A stretch of DNA of 64,000 bases, taken from a virus. The translations under genes and the position numbers were made by a program. The notes below the pieces were generated by a model. That model was given only the letters and a program-made list of their open reading frames with translations. It was not told where the DNA came from and ran no database searches. How positions within the stretch are numbered: the stretch's first letter is position 1; the number at the start of each line of letters is the position of its first letter. This document shows, one piece after another, positions 18,053 to 26,334 of the stretch. Where the stretch lies: positions 17,363-81,362 of the IMG/VR virus record IMGVR_UViG_3300037010_002253, one strand, 5' to 3'.

Positions 18053-19305
18053 AGGATTCCTCCGTCCTCGTCGTCGATTCCTTCCGCCGCCGCGTCATCC
18101 CCCGTGATCTCGCGCTTCTGGGCGAAGCTGACGCCGGGTCTCGCGTCGATCACAATGCGGCACGGTCGCCCGTCGTTGATCTTCTTGGTCCAAAGGATCA
18201 GCTCGTTCTGCTCCCTGTGGACGGGTTCGCAGATCACCCGCGTCAGGACCGTGCAGGACTGCGCGTAGGACTTCCCGTACCCGACGTCTGACACCGGGCC
18301 GGCATTCCCCCGCGCAGGGGTGTTGTTCGTCTGGTTGCTCGTCACGATCCCGATGTCGAGATCCTTCGAGAGTTGCCTCACCCCCATCGACACGATGCCG
18401 AAGTTCCGCCACTCCAGGTCCTCGGCCAGGTAATAGAGGTTGTCGATGAAGGCTGCCTTCGCCTTGTACTGGATGCACTTCGCCCTCACTTCCGCGAGTG
18501 CATGGACGCCTTGGGACATGACCTCGACGATGTGAAATGGCGGGTCCTCCTCGAAGGAGTCGATGATGGAGAAGAAGCGCTTCTCGTCGTCTGGAGGGAG
18601 AGCCCCAGACTGGACCTGCTCCCAGTCCGCCCCAGCGCGCTGTGCGGCGTACCTGTAGAGGATGTCGTCGGGGGGCGTCTCCTTCGTAAAGAAAACGGGA
18701 GTAATCCCCACGTTCTCGTGCAGATGGGTCGCGCACGCGATGAGCAGCCACGTCTTGTACGTCCCGGTATCGCCGTACAAGCCGACGTGTTGACCTCCGC
18801 GTAGGCCCTTCATCATCTGGGTGTACCGGGGCCACGGCATCGGGTACCCAAGAAGTCCATCGTGGTCCTTCGCGTGTTGGTACCTCGCCCGCACGCTGGC
18901 GGCCGACTTCGAGGTGTCGAGGTCGTTGTCCTCGGAATGCGCGAGGACGAGGGACATGGCGATCTTCTGGAACTCCTCCAGGCCCCCCTTCACGCTACCC
19001 CTGGTCGCTACTGTGACCTTCTTGAGGCCCGCCTGGATGTCCGCGTATAGCTTGCGCTCCTTGAGACCATCGAGCAGGACGCCCAGATCGTCCGCGCTCT
19101 GCTCGAACGCGAACTCGGGGAACTCGGCCCGCGCCAGGCCCAGGGACGGCAACGCGCCTCGCTTGAGGTACCGCTGCTCCGCCCACAGGAAGACCTCTCG
19201 CGTCTCAGAATCCAGGAAGAAGCTTGAGTCGACCTTCGCCTTGATCGACCCGAGCATGTCCCCCGTCTCCAGGAGACGGGTAAGAGATGCCTTTTCGATG
19301 TCCAT
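18049..19305 (-). CDS. DnaB-like replicative helicase
   Basis: Walker A GDTGTYKT, FFTKE, FIDNLY, SNQ; adjacent to primase. Confidence 0.85.
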   Translation of the reverse strand: MDIEKASLTRLLETGDMLGSIKAKVDSSFFLDSETREVFLWAEQRYLKRGALPSLGLARAEFPEFAFEQSADDLGVLLDGLKERKLYADIQAGLKKVTVATRGSVKGGLEEFQKIAMSLVLAHSEDNDLDTSKSAASVRARYQHAKDHDGLLGYPMPWPRYTQMMKGLRGGQHVGLYGDTGTYKTWLLIACATHLHENVGITPVFFTKETPPDDILYRYAAQRAGADWEQVQSGALPPDDEKRFFSIIDSFEEDPPFHIVEVMSQGVHALAEVRAKCIQYKAKAAFIDNLYYLAEDLEWRNFGIVSMGVRQLSKDLDIGIVTSNQTNNTPARGNAGPVSDVGYGKSYAQSCTVLTRVICEPVHREQNELILWTKKINDGRPCRIVIDARPGVSFAQKREITGDDAAAEGIDDEDGGIL

Positions 19306-19841
19306 TAGACGCTGCCTCTGGTCAAGGAAAGCTGCCACCTACGCGGTAGCCCGCGCCGCCACACCACGACCACGCTAGCGAAAAATCCAGAAGCCCTGTA
19401 GGCACCTCCAGTTAGGAAGCGAACTCTGCCCCTTATGTACCTAACCTCCGCCAGACCCACTACATCATCATGCCACCACGCGAGATCAGTGGACGCGGGA
19501 AGTAAACCGACGACTAACGCCCCAGCGCAAGAAGCTATGCGCGCCTTACGGGTCCACGCGTACACTTCCCTCCCATACGGCGGGTTCATCCACACGGTCT
19601 CTGTACCCCAGTCCTGTACGAGCCCATCCGCGCGCTCGTCAAAGTACCTGGCGCACTTCGCCGAGTCAGCGCTAGCGCACGCATCCAGCGTAAAGTTGAA
19701 CTCGGCGTTTAGTGGCTCGAATACCTCAGGGGGTGTCTCCCACAGCCGCCCGTTACCGTTATATCTTCCATTGTTCTTTGCTTGCAGCCCACGAAGTAAA
19801 CCGGGGTTGTTCGACGCCCCAATCGTTCTACGGCCTTTCAT
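19305..19841 (-). CDS. Phage DNA N6-adenine methyltransferase (Dam family)
   Basis: WETPPEVF, FTLDACA, DGLVQDW, WMNPPYG, PASTD, RGRVRF. Confidence 0.9.
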   Translation of the reverse strand: MKGRRTIGASNNPGLLRGLQAKNNGRYNGNGRLWETPPEVFEPLNAEFNFTLDACASADSAKCARYFDERADGLVQDWGTETVWMNPPYGREVYAWTRKARIASCAGALVVGLLPASTDLAWWHDDVVGLAEVRYIRGRVRFLTGGAYRASGFFASVVVVWRRGLPRRWQLSLTRGSV

Positions 19842-20269
19842 CAGGACACCGTGATGATGACGGCCCGTGGGTCGCGCATGAGGGACCGGATGAGGCTCTC
19901 CAGGTCAACAGGCTGAACCAGCCGTGGTGTCTTGAGGTAGTGGGTCGCCACATTCGCCGCGAGGGAGTAGGTCGGCGCCTTGACGAGAACGAGGTGTCCT
20001 TCCGGGGTCCGCACGGTCTCGTCGTCCCCCCACGTCTCGTGGAGGGTCCAGAAGACCGGCAGCGGTTCCGGGTCGAACCGAACGCAGTTGACCAAGTCAC
20101 CCGCGCCAGAATGACACCTGCCCGTCCTACCGCACCGGGAGCAGGTGTGAAACCAGTCCTCCGGGGTCGTCACCCCGCGCGCTTTCCGCACGAGGTCGCT
20201 GATGGCTACACTGAGAAGAGAACGAAGTCGATTGAGCATGGTCATCTCCAAAGGCAAAGCCGCCCCCAT
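19841..20269 (-). CDS. Hypothetical protein with CxxC motif
   Basis: CSRCGRTGRC; TGATG coupling to MTase; start uncertain. Confidence 0.5.
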   Translation of the reverse strand: MGAALPLEMTMLNRLRSLLSVAISDLVRKARGVTTPEDWFHTCSRCGRTGRCHSGAGDLVNCVRFDPEPLPVFWTLHETWGDDETVRTPEGHLVLVKAPTYSLAANVATHYLKTPRLVQPVDLESLIRSLMRDPRAVIITVS

Positions 20270-20301
20270 CCCACGCGGGGACGAGGGCGGCTCGGGGGAT
20301 A

Positions 20302-21408
20302 CTACGCCGCGAGGAGGAGCTTGCCCGCCGCCTCTTCCATCTGGACACGCGCGTCCGTCGGGAGAGCCTGCGCCGCTCGCGTGATCGCCTGGATGATGCC
20401 GAAGCGCGTGTTATTGGGTTCCCGCTGGAACGCCTTCTCGGCCATCTCGAGGAACTCCTCAGTGGCGCGGTTCGCGGCGAGGAACTGACGCAGCTCCCGC
20501 TCGGGGTTCGCGATGGTGACGTCGCGAGCGAGCTGGAGACGCCCGATGATCTCGTCATGGCGGTCGAGCACCGTGTCCCGCACCGACGCAACACTCATGC
20601 GGAGCTGGTGACGGTCGATGTTGATGTGGCGGATGTCGATGAGGTGTTCGCGGTTGATCAGCGCGATCACCCCGTTGGTGCAGATCTGACGGAAGATGAG
20701 GAAGTCCTCTTGAAGATTGCACGCGCCGACCTCCGAGTTTCGGAGGTGCGTCCCGAACTGATGAAAGTCCGGAACCTCGTTCGTCCCCGCATTCACCACG
20801 TCGGGGAACAGCATACGAACGTGGAACATCTTGTCGGAAACGTAACCGACCTGGAGCTTGGGTTCGTACTGCCGGATGAAGTCGCGGTGGAGGTTGAGCA
20901 GCTCGAGGTTGTCGAGGACCGCGTACCGCGTGGTGAGGAACCCGCGCATGAACCCGGTGGCGCCTGTCTCCACGTCCTTCTGGTTCATGTGGCGGATCCG
21001 CACGAAGAACTCGTTGTCGGCCACCCGCTCCTTCCAGAAGTCGATGATCGCCTTCTTCGACGCCGGGGGGACCTTCCCCTCCCAATCCAGACCGCTAGGG
21101 GAGCGGCGGATGAAGTCCGCGGGGACCTTGAGCTTCGCGCAGAACTGCGAGAAGGACAAGTCGGTCCACGACAAGCGAGGCCCACTCGCGATGTCGAGAG
21201 TCCCATCTGGATTGAACGTGAGGTCACGGCCCTTGACCGTGAAGTCCTCGTTCCGCTGCGCGAAGAGACCGAGTCGGTTCGACAGCTCGTCGAATCCGAT
21301 CGCCCGCATGGGCGCCGACCTCGCCAGCCGCGACGCGTTGTTCTGCTGCATCCCGACCCCAACCTGGGGGGTGGAGGTAACTGCGCTGGGGGTAACGCTG
21401 AGAGGCAT
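20302..21408 (-). CDS. DUF932-family protein
   Basis: SQFCAKLKVP, RGFLTTRY, NSEVG, FRQICTNG, QAITRAAQ motifs. Confidence 0.7.
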   Translation of the reverse strand: MPLSVTPSAVTSTPQVGVGMQQNNASRLARSAPMRAIGFDELSNRLGLFAQRNEDFTVKGRDLTFNPDGTLDIASGPRLSWTDLSFSQFCAKLKVPADFIRRSPSGLDWEGKVPPASKKAIIDFWKERVADNEFFVRIRHMNQKDVETGATGFMRGFLTTRYAVLDNLELLNLHRDFIRQYEPKLQVGYVSDKMFHVRMLFPDVVNAGTNEVPDFHQFGTHLRNSEVGACNLQEDFLIFRQICTNGVIALINREHLIDIRHINIDRHQLRMSVASVRDTVLDRHDEIIGRLQLARDVTIANPERELRQFLAANRATEEFLEMAEKAFQREPNNTRFGIIQAITRAAQALPTDARVQMEEAAGKLLLAA

Positions 21409-21438
21409 GTGACTTTCCTTGACTGTAGGAGGTGCTGT

Positions 21439-22011
21439 TCACCGACGCGCGGATTTCCGCTGGTCGGAGCCTTGAACCTCGAACAAACGCACCATCTCGC
21501 TCAGAAGCGACGTGATTGACGACCCGTACACGGTAGATAGCGTCTCGTCTTCTCCGGTTCCTTTCAGCTTGAGGTTGGTGGTGATGTGGGTGAGAAGCTC
21601 TCGTTCACTTCTCGCCCGCAAGATCCTGCCGAGCTTGTACGCCGCCTGTTCGTGCAGCTTCCCACCGCGGTACTCCTTCCCGAGATCGTTGATGACGAGC
21701 CAGGGGGTCGTCTCGAACGTCTTGTTGTAGGAGTAGCCGCGAAAGGGGTCGCGCAGGGGTGCAGCGCCGACCACGTACCTATCGAACATGTCCGGTGCCG
21801 TGATGAACTCGTAGTCCTGGCCGTGGTGTTCCTTCCACCACCTAGTGAGCGCAGCCATCGCCCACGTCTTCCCGATCCCCGGTGGACCTGCGAGGAGGAG
21901 TCCCTTGTCTTGGGGGCTCCCCGCGAAGTCCACCACCATCCTGAACTGGTCCTCGTCGAGGCCGTCCAGTTTCGCCCCGCGGAATCGCTGGGGCACGCGC
22001 AGGATCATCAC
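21439..22011 (-). CDS. DnaC/IstB-like AAA+ helicase loader
   Basis: VPQRF, GPPGIGKT, LVINDLGKE, ITTNL, GSDQR. Confidence 0.85.
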   Translation of the reverse strand: MMILRVPQRFRGAKLDGLDEDQFRMVVDFAGSPQDKGLLLAGPPGIGKTWAMAALTRWWKEHHGQDYEFITAPDMFDRYVVGAAPLRDPFRGYSYNKTFETTPWLVINDLGKEYRGGKLHEQAAYKLGRILRARSERELLTHITTNLKLKGTGEDETLSTVYGSSITSLLSEMVRLFEVQGSDQRKSARR

Positions 22012-22505
22012 AGGATGATCTCCTCGTAAGCGCTGGTCTCGCTACGCGGACCAGACCACTCGGACTGCTCCCCCGCCTGCTTGCGCCGCGTCTCCTCAAC
22101 GCGAGACATCGCGGGGATGACGAAGCGAACGTAGTTCGTTTCGTGCAGCAGGAACCCGAGAAGGTCGCCGTTCACCCACCGAAGGTGCTGCGAGAACACC
22201 GCGTCGATGGCTGCACACGCCGTCTCCGCCCCCTCGCGCTGTACCAGGGACGCGACCCCCCGCAACGCGCTTTGGAGGGCCACGGGTCCAGCAGGCCACG
22301 CCCGCTTGAACCTGTTCTCGTAGCCCCCGATGTACCGACCGAGGACCGCCACCGTGGGCCAGTCCTTCGTCGGCGTCGCCGCCATCTCCGCCGCGATCCG
22401 CTTCGCGTTCCCCGCGGTGGGCTTGGAGAAGAAAACGTCCGACCAATCAGAGTCGGACGGCTTCACTTCCGCGGTCTGCTTGGGTCGCCGAAACTTCCAC
22501 CTCAT
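22008..22505 (-). CDS. Hypothetical protein (possible initiator-associated)
   Basis: Coupled to DnaC-like gene. Confidence 0.5.
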   Translation of the reverse strand: MRWKFRRPKQTAEVKPSDSDWSDVFFSKPTAGNAKRIAAEMAATPTKDWPTVAVLGRYIGGYENRFKRAWPAGPVALQSALRGVASLVQREGAETACAAIDAVFSQHLRWVNGDLLGFLLHETNYVRFVIPAMSRVEETRRKQAGEQSEWSGPRSETSAYEEIIL

Positions 22506-22541
22506 GCGTGCCTCCGTCTCCCGGATTCTACACGCAGTAGG

Positions 22542-22910
22542 TCAGCTCTTGGTCGACGCCGCGAGGGTCTTGAGAAGCTCCTGCAACTCCACGGACTTGT
22601 CGACGAGCAGCGTCGTCGACATGTCGTAGACCTTCTCGAACTCGGCCTTGTTCGCCTCAGGATCGTTGAGCTTGCACACGACCGGGTACTCGCTGAACCC
22701 GATCTCGATGCCGACGCTCTGGAAGTTCTTGCTGAGTTTCACGCTGGGGATGCAGCGGATGGATCCGTACCGCTCACCCTCCTTGAGGTCGGGCAGCTCC
22801 ACCGGGATCTGTGTCTCCTTTTCCTCCTCGTGGACGGGCACGGTCGCGCCATCCACCCGCTTCGTGATGGTCGCCTTGGTCGTCTGCGTCGCGATCTTCT
22901 TGACGGGCAT
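22542..22910 (-). CDS. Hypothetical protein
   Basis: AGGAG RBS before MPVKK; LSKNFQSVGIEIG motif. Confidence 0.6.
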   Translation of the reverse strand: MPVKKIATQTTKATITKRVDGATVPVHEEEKETQIPVELPDLKEGERYGSIRCIPSVKLSKNFQSVGIEIGFSEYPVVCKLNDPEANKAEFEKVYDMSTTLLVDKSVELQELLKTLAASTKS

Positions 22911-23057
22911 CTTCTTCTCCTGCGAAGGGAACCGTTTCCCTTCCACTCAATCGTCCACCCTACTACAGGAAACGACCGACTAGAACAACAAAACGAAGAG
23001 GCTCACTTGTTCCATGTCGTTTTCATCCGCCGCAAATCGGGTGTTGAGCCCGGCCAC

Positions 23058-23131
23058 CCTCGCGCGCGCGCGTCAGAGTCTCTCCGGATCCGGATCTGAG
23101 AACTCTGACGCCTGCGCGTCCGCGCGCGAGG
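23058..23131. repeat. Nested inverted repeat/palindrome, possible replication origin element
   Basis: Arms CCTCGCGCGCG/CGCGCGCGAGG and CGTCAGAGT/ACTCTGACG around palindrome TCCGGATCCGGA. Confidence 0.6.
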
Positions 23132-23132
23132 C

Positions 23133-23540
23133 TCACCCGTCCTTGTACTGGCGGGAGAGGACCTCGATGGGTGTGGGAATGAGATCGGCTTCCTTGACAC
23201 GCTCCTGCTTGGCCGTCGCGTCCTTCACCGCTTGATGGTTCGCTTTCGCTTCGCGGGCCAGCTCCTCGCCCGCGCGCTTCACGTCCTCCTCGCTGAGCAG
23301 CCCCTTGTTTTGGAGCACGCGCACGACGACGTTCATGGTGTTCCAGGAGGCGATGATCTGGTGCTGCCACGCCACGAGGTCCGACTTGAACGAGTTGAGG
23401 TGGCGCTCGAGGCCGGTGTTGAGGTGGTTCCCGAAGGCCCACAGGTCCGAGACGAGGATGGCGGCGTGGGGGTTCTTGAACTTCGAGGGGAGGTTGTTGT
23501 GGGCTTCGGAGTCAGTCTTGTCGATCGTGTGCGGGGGCAT
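23133..23540 (-). CDS. Hypothetical protein
   Basis: AAGGAG RBS; helical. Confidence 0.6.
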   Translation of the reverse strand: MPPHTIDKTDSEAHNNLPSKFKNPHAAILVSDLWAFGNHLNTGLERHLNSFKSDLVAWQHQIIASWNTMNVVVRVLQNKGLLSEEDVKRAGEELAREAKANHQAVKDATAKQERVKEADLIPTPIEVLSRQYKDG

Positions 23541-23958
23541 CGAACTCTCCTTGGTCGTTGATGACGATGGTGCTGGCGTACCAGACGGAGCGGATCTCTT
23601 CGCAATACTTCTCGAATACTTCTGTGTTCTGGAAGAACTTCTGCCCCTTCCATCGGAGGAAAATGAGGCGATTGATGTTGACGATCTGAGTCCCGGAGTA
23701 GTGGCGCTTGTTGTTCCCGAGGTCGAAGAGGGGCGGAGGGATCTTCTTATCCCGCTCCAGCTCCCTCACCGTCACGACCGCGCGATCCATCGCCTCCGCG
23801 AGGACGCCGATCTTGAATAGCTCCACTTGTTTGTCCGCGACTTGGTACACCTTGCCGACCCGCTGGACGGAGACCAAGGGCACCTTCTTGTTGTGGTAGT
23901 ACGCAGAGGGTGTGCCCTCCGCGAACTTGTTTCTGTCCTTTTTGATGAGCTGGATCAT
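23512..23958 (-). CDS. MerR-like HTH DNA-binding protein
   Basis: FKIGVLAEAMDRAVVTVRELERDKKIPPP...RHYS; ATGA overlap with helicase stop. Confidence 0.65.
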   Translation of the reverse strand: MIQLIKKDRNKFAEGTPSAYYHNKKVPLVSVQRVGKVYQVADKQVELFKIGVLAEAMDRAVVTVRELERDKKIPPPLFDLGNNKRHYSGTQIVNINRLIFLRWKGQKFFQNTEVFEKYCEEIRSVWYASTIVINDQGEFDAPAHDRQD

Positions 23959-25382
23959 CGCTGCGCTTGTCCTTTCCTGATCTCGTTGACCTCGAAGTTG
24001 TCCTGCCGAAGCAGGCGCCGCATCTTCCGCCCGAGTCCGCGGATGATGCCGATGTCGTCCTCGAACACGAAGACGAGAGGATCCTTCTTCCCTTCCGCCT
24101 CGCGGAGGATGCGGCCAAGCGACTGGCGAAGCCGCCCTTCCCCAGTGAACGGGACGAGGATGAACAGCGTGTCGAGCGCGACACGGTCCAGCCCTTCCTT
24201 CGCGAGGTGTTGGGTCGCGAAAACGACCTGCTTCTTGAGGGCGTTGCGCCGCTCGTCCTGGTCCATCGCCCCGACGTGCAGCGCCTTGGAGGCCGCGCGA
24301 CAGTTGTCGTTCAACCAGTGAAGCTGTGTGAGCCGCTCGCCAAGGACGAGGATGGTGCGCCCCTTCGCAATCGCCCTGTCCAGCCACTCGAGGATCAGCT
24401 CGTTCCGCGCCTCCACGTCGCAAAGCCAGGTCGTCAACTTCGCGAGGTTGACGTTCCCCCGGTAAGTGAACTTGCTCTGATCCACGCGGATGCCCGTCTC
24501 CACGAAGTAGACGGTGGGGACGAGGGCCTGCGACAGGTCCTCGAAGACGACCTCGCCAAGGTGCAGGCGGAACATCCGGTCGTTCCCATCCTCGCGCTTC
24601 ACGGTGGCGCTGAGTCCCCACCGCTCCGCAGGGAAGAGGGGCGCGGCGCGGGAGAAGAGGTCAGACCCGAGGCGATGGGTCTCATCAAAGATGACGAGGC
24701 GCCAGTAGTTGTAGAACTCCTCGCTGTACTCCTTCATGCAGATGGAGTGCAGCATCCCGACCGCGATGGGGCAGCCTCGCCACTTCTCGGTCGCCGCCTG
24801 GACGTGCCCGATCTCGTCGTCGCGAAGTCCGTAGAACTGCTTGATCCGCTCCCGCCACTGGTCCATCAGCGCGTTCGTGTGGACGATGATGAGGATGGGG
24901 AAGCGATCTCCTTCGTGCGCAGCGCACAGGGAAACGATCGTCTTTCCTTTCCCACAGGACAGCGCCAGAATCTTGTCTTCCTCGTCCTTGAGGAGCGCCG
25001 CGACCGCGTCGGCTTGGATCTGGTCGCGCAGGACGACGTGGTGGGGGAAGCGGGCTCGACGCTCCATCCGCCGGAGTCGACCCGTCCGGTCAACGAACGC
25101 GCCCGGGTGTGGGCGCGTGTCGTACACGGGAGGGGGCAGGTCAGTGGTGAGGGAGATCTTGTAGTGACGGGGGACCAGCAGCGCGCCGGGGACCTCGCGG
25201 TACATCTCGACGGCGGCCACCATCCCCGCCGACCCGTACCCGGCGTGCTGACGCGCGAAGAACGCGCCGTTCGAGACCGTCAGCTCGGTCTTGGTCTGAT
25301 GCGGGTCGATGTACTGGACCGGAACCCTCGTCAGGGCTCCGATCTGGATGCCAGCGTCACCTACACGGAATCGGAGTTTCAT
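23955..25382 (-). CDS. Superfamily 2 (UvsW/XPB-like) helicase
   Basis: LRDQIQ, CGKGKT, IFDETH, GLSAT, EGLD, QSLGRILR. Confidence 0.9.
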   Translation of the reverse strand: MKLRFRVGDAGIQIGALTRVPVQYIDPHQTKTELTVSNGAFFARQHAGYGSAGMVAAVEMYREVPGALLVPRHYKISLTTDLPPPVYDTRPHPGAFVDRTGRLRRMERRARFPHHVVLRDQIQADAVAALLKDEEDKILALSCGKGKTIVSLCAAHEGDRFPILIIVHTNALMDQWRERIKQFYGLRDDEIGHVQAATEKWRGCPIAVGMLHSICMKEYSEEFYNYWRLVIFDETHRLGSDLFSRAAPLFPAERWGLSATVKREDGNDRMFRLHLGEVVFEDLSQALVPTVYFVETGIRVDQSKFTYRGNVNLAKLTTWLCDVEARNELILEWLDRAIAKGRTILVLGERLTQLHWLNDNCRAASKALHVGAMDQDERRNALKKQVVFATQHLAKEGLDRVALDTLFILVPFTGEGRLRQSLGRILREAEGKKDPLVFVFEDDIGIIRGLGRKMRRLLRQDNFEVNEIRKGQAQR

Positions 25383-25443
25383 GGTCCCTTGTACTCCTCG
25401 GCCGCTTCGAGTAACCCCTATCGGTTACTCGAAACGTCGTCAA

Positions 25444-25472
25444 GGGTTACAGGGGACCACGGACGGAGTCAA
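25444..25472 (-). promoter_or_regulatory. Sigma70-like promoter for the replication module
   Basis: TTGACT-17 nt-TAACCC with T-rich upstream tract; followed by hairpin TTCGAGTAACC/GGTTACTCGAA (25406-25433). Confidence 0.45.
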
Positions 25473-25492
25473 TAGAAAAAGTTCACTTCTGC

Positions 25493-25708
25493 TCAGGTCT
25501 TCACGGGGGTCTCCGGCGCCTGGATCTGAGGGTCCTCGCGCTTCACCCCGGCGGCGAAGTACCCGGTCCCACCCGACCCGATCGCGGTGAGGAGGCCGGC
25601 GAGGGTGAGGAGCCACGCGGGTCCACCCGTCATCTGGGCGATGAGGGAGAGGATCGTGCCGAGGGCAGCGATCCCGCCGAAGAGGGTCGTCCTGTTGTCG
25701 TTCTTCAT
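25493..25708 (-). CDS. Holin-like two-TM membrane protein
   Basis: MKNDNRTTLFGG..., two hydrophobic segments, end of late module. Confidence 0.55.
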   Translation of the reverse strand: MKNDNRTTLFGGIAALGTILSLIAQMTGGPAWLLTLAGLLTAIGSGGTGYFAAGVKREDPQIQAPETPVKT

Positions 25709-25721
25709 GGAAAAGAGACTC

Positions 25722-26324
25722 CTATTGCTTCTCCCCCAGCCAGCGCCGGAGGTCGGTGATGTTGAGGTTCGCCTGTGCAGGGACACGGAACCGCCGGTCC
25801 AGCATCACGCTGGGAAGGAAGATCCGCACCATCGCTCCTTGGGGTAGCTCGAGTTGCCAGGCCCCGGTGTCGGGGTCCACCTGAACCTGGCTCTTCTCGT
25901 TCCGCACCATCGCCCCGCCCAGGATCGCGGAGGACTCCTGGCCGATGGTCTCGACGATGATGGTGTCGGAGGTGGGCTGTCCACCCACGTCGCGCATGTA
26001 CCCGCTGACCATGCAGGTCAGGATGGAGGGCCCGGCAGGACGCTCCAGGGGGGTCAGGACGGCCGTGCCGATCATGGGGGTGACGGGAGGGTCTCCGAGG
26101 TCTGCGACGACGTCCAGGGTGCCCCGGCGCTCCTGGTAGCCGGCCTTCGTCGCCAGGTACGCGACCACGCCCGCGGGAACGGTCCCCGTGAAGGTCGCGA
26201 CCCCGTCGGAGCCGGTCATCTTCGCCCCGTACAGCGCCCCGTCGAGGGGGTCGTGTAGGGTGACGATCGCGCCACGCATGGGGTCGCCGTTCGGGTCCAG
26301 CACCGTCAAGACAACGGATTCCAT
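25722..26324 (-). CDS. Ig/prealbumin-like fold structural protein
   Basis: VLDPNGDPMRGAIV...TGSDGVATF...TKAGY pattern. Confidence 0.6.
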   Translation of the reverse strand: MESVVLTVLDPNGDPMRGAIVTLHDPLDGALYGAKMTGSDGVATFTGTVPAGVVAYLATKAGYQERRGTLDVVADLGDPPVTPMIGTAVLTPLERPAGPSILTCMVSGYMRDVGGQPTSDTIIVETIGQESSAILGGAMVRNEKSQVQVDPDTGAWQLELPQGAMVRIFLPSVMLDRRFRVPAQANLNITDLRRWLGEKQ

Positions 26325-26334
26325 TGCGGCCTCC

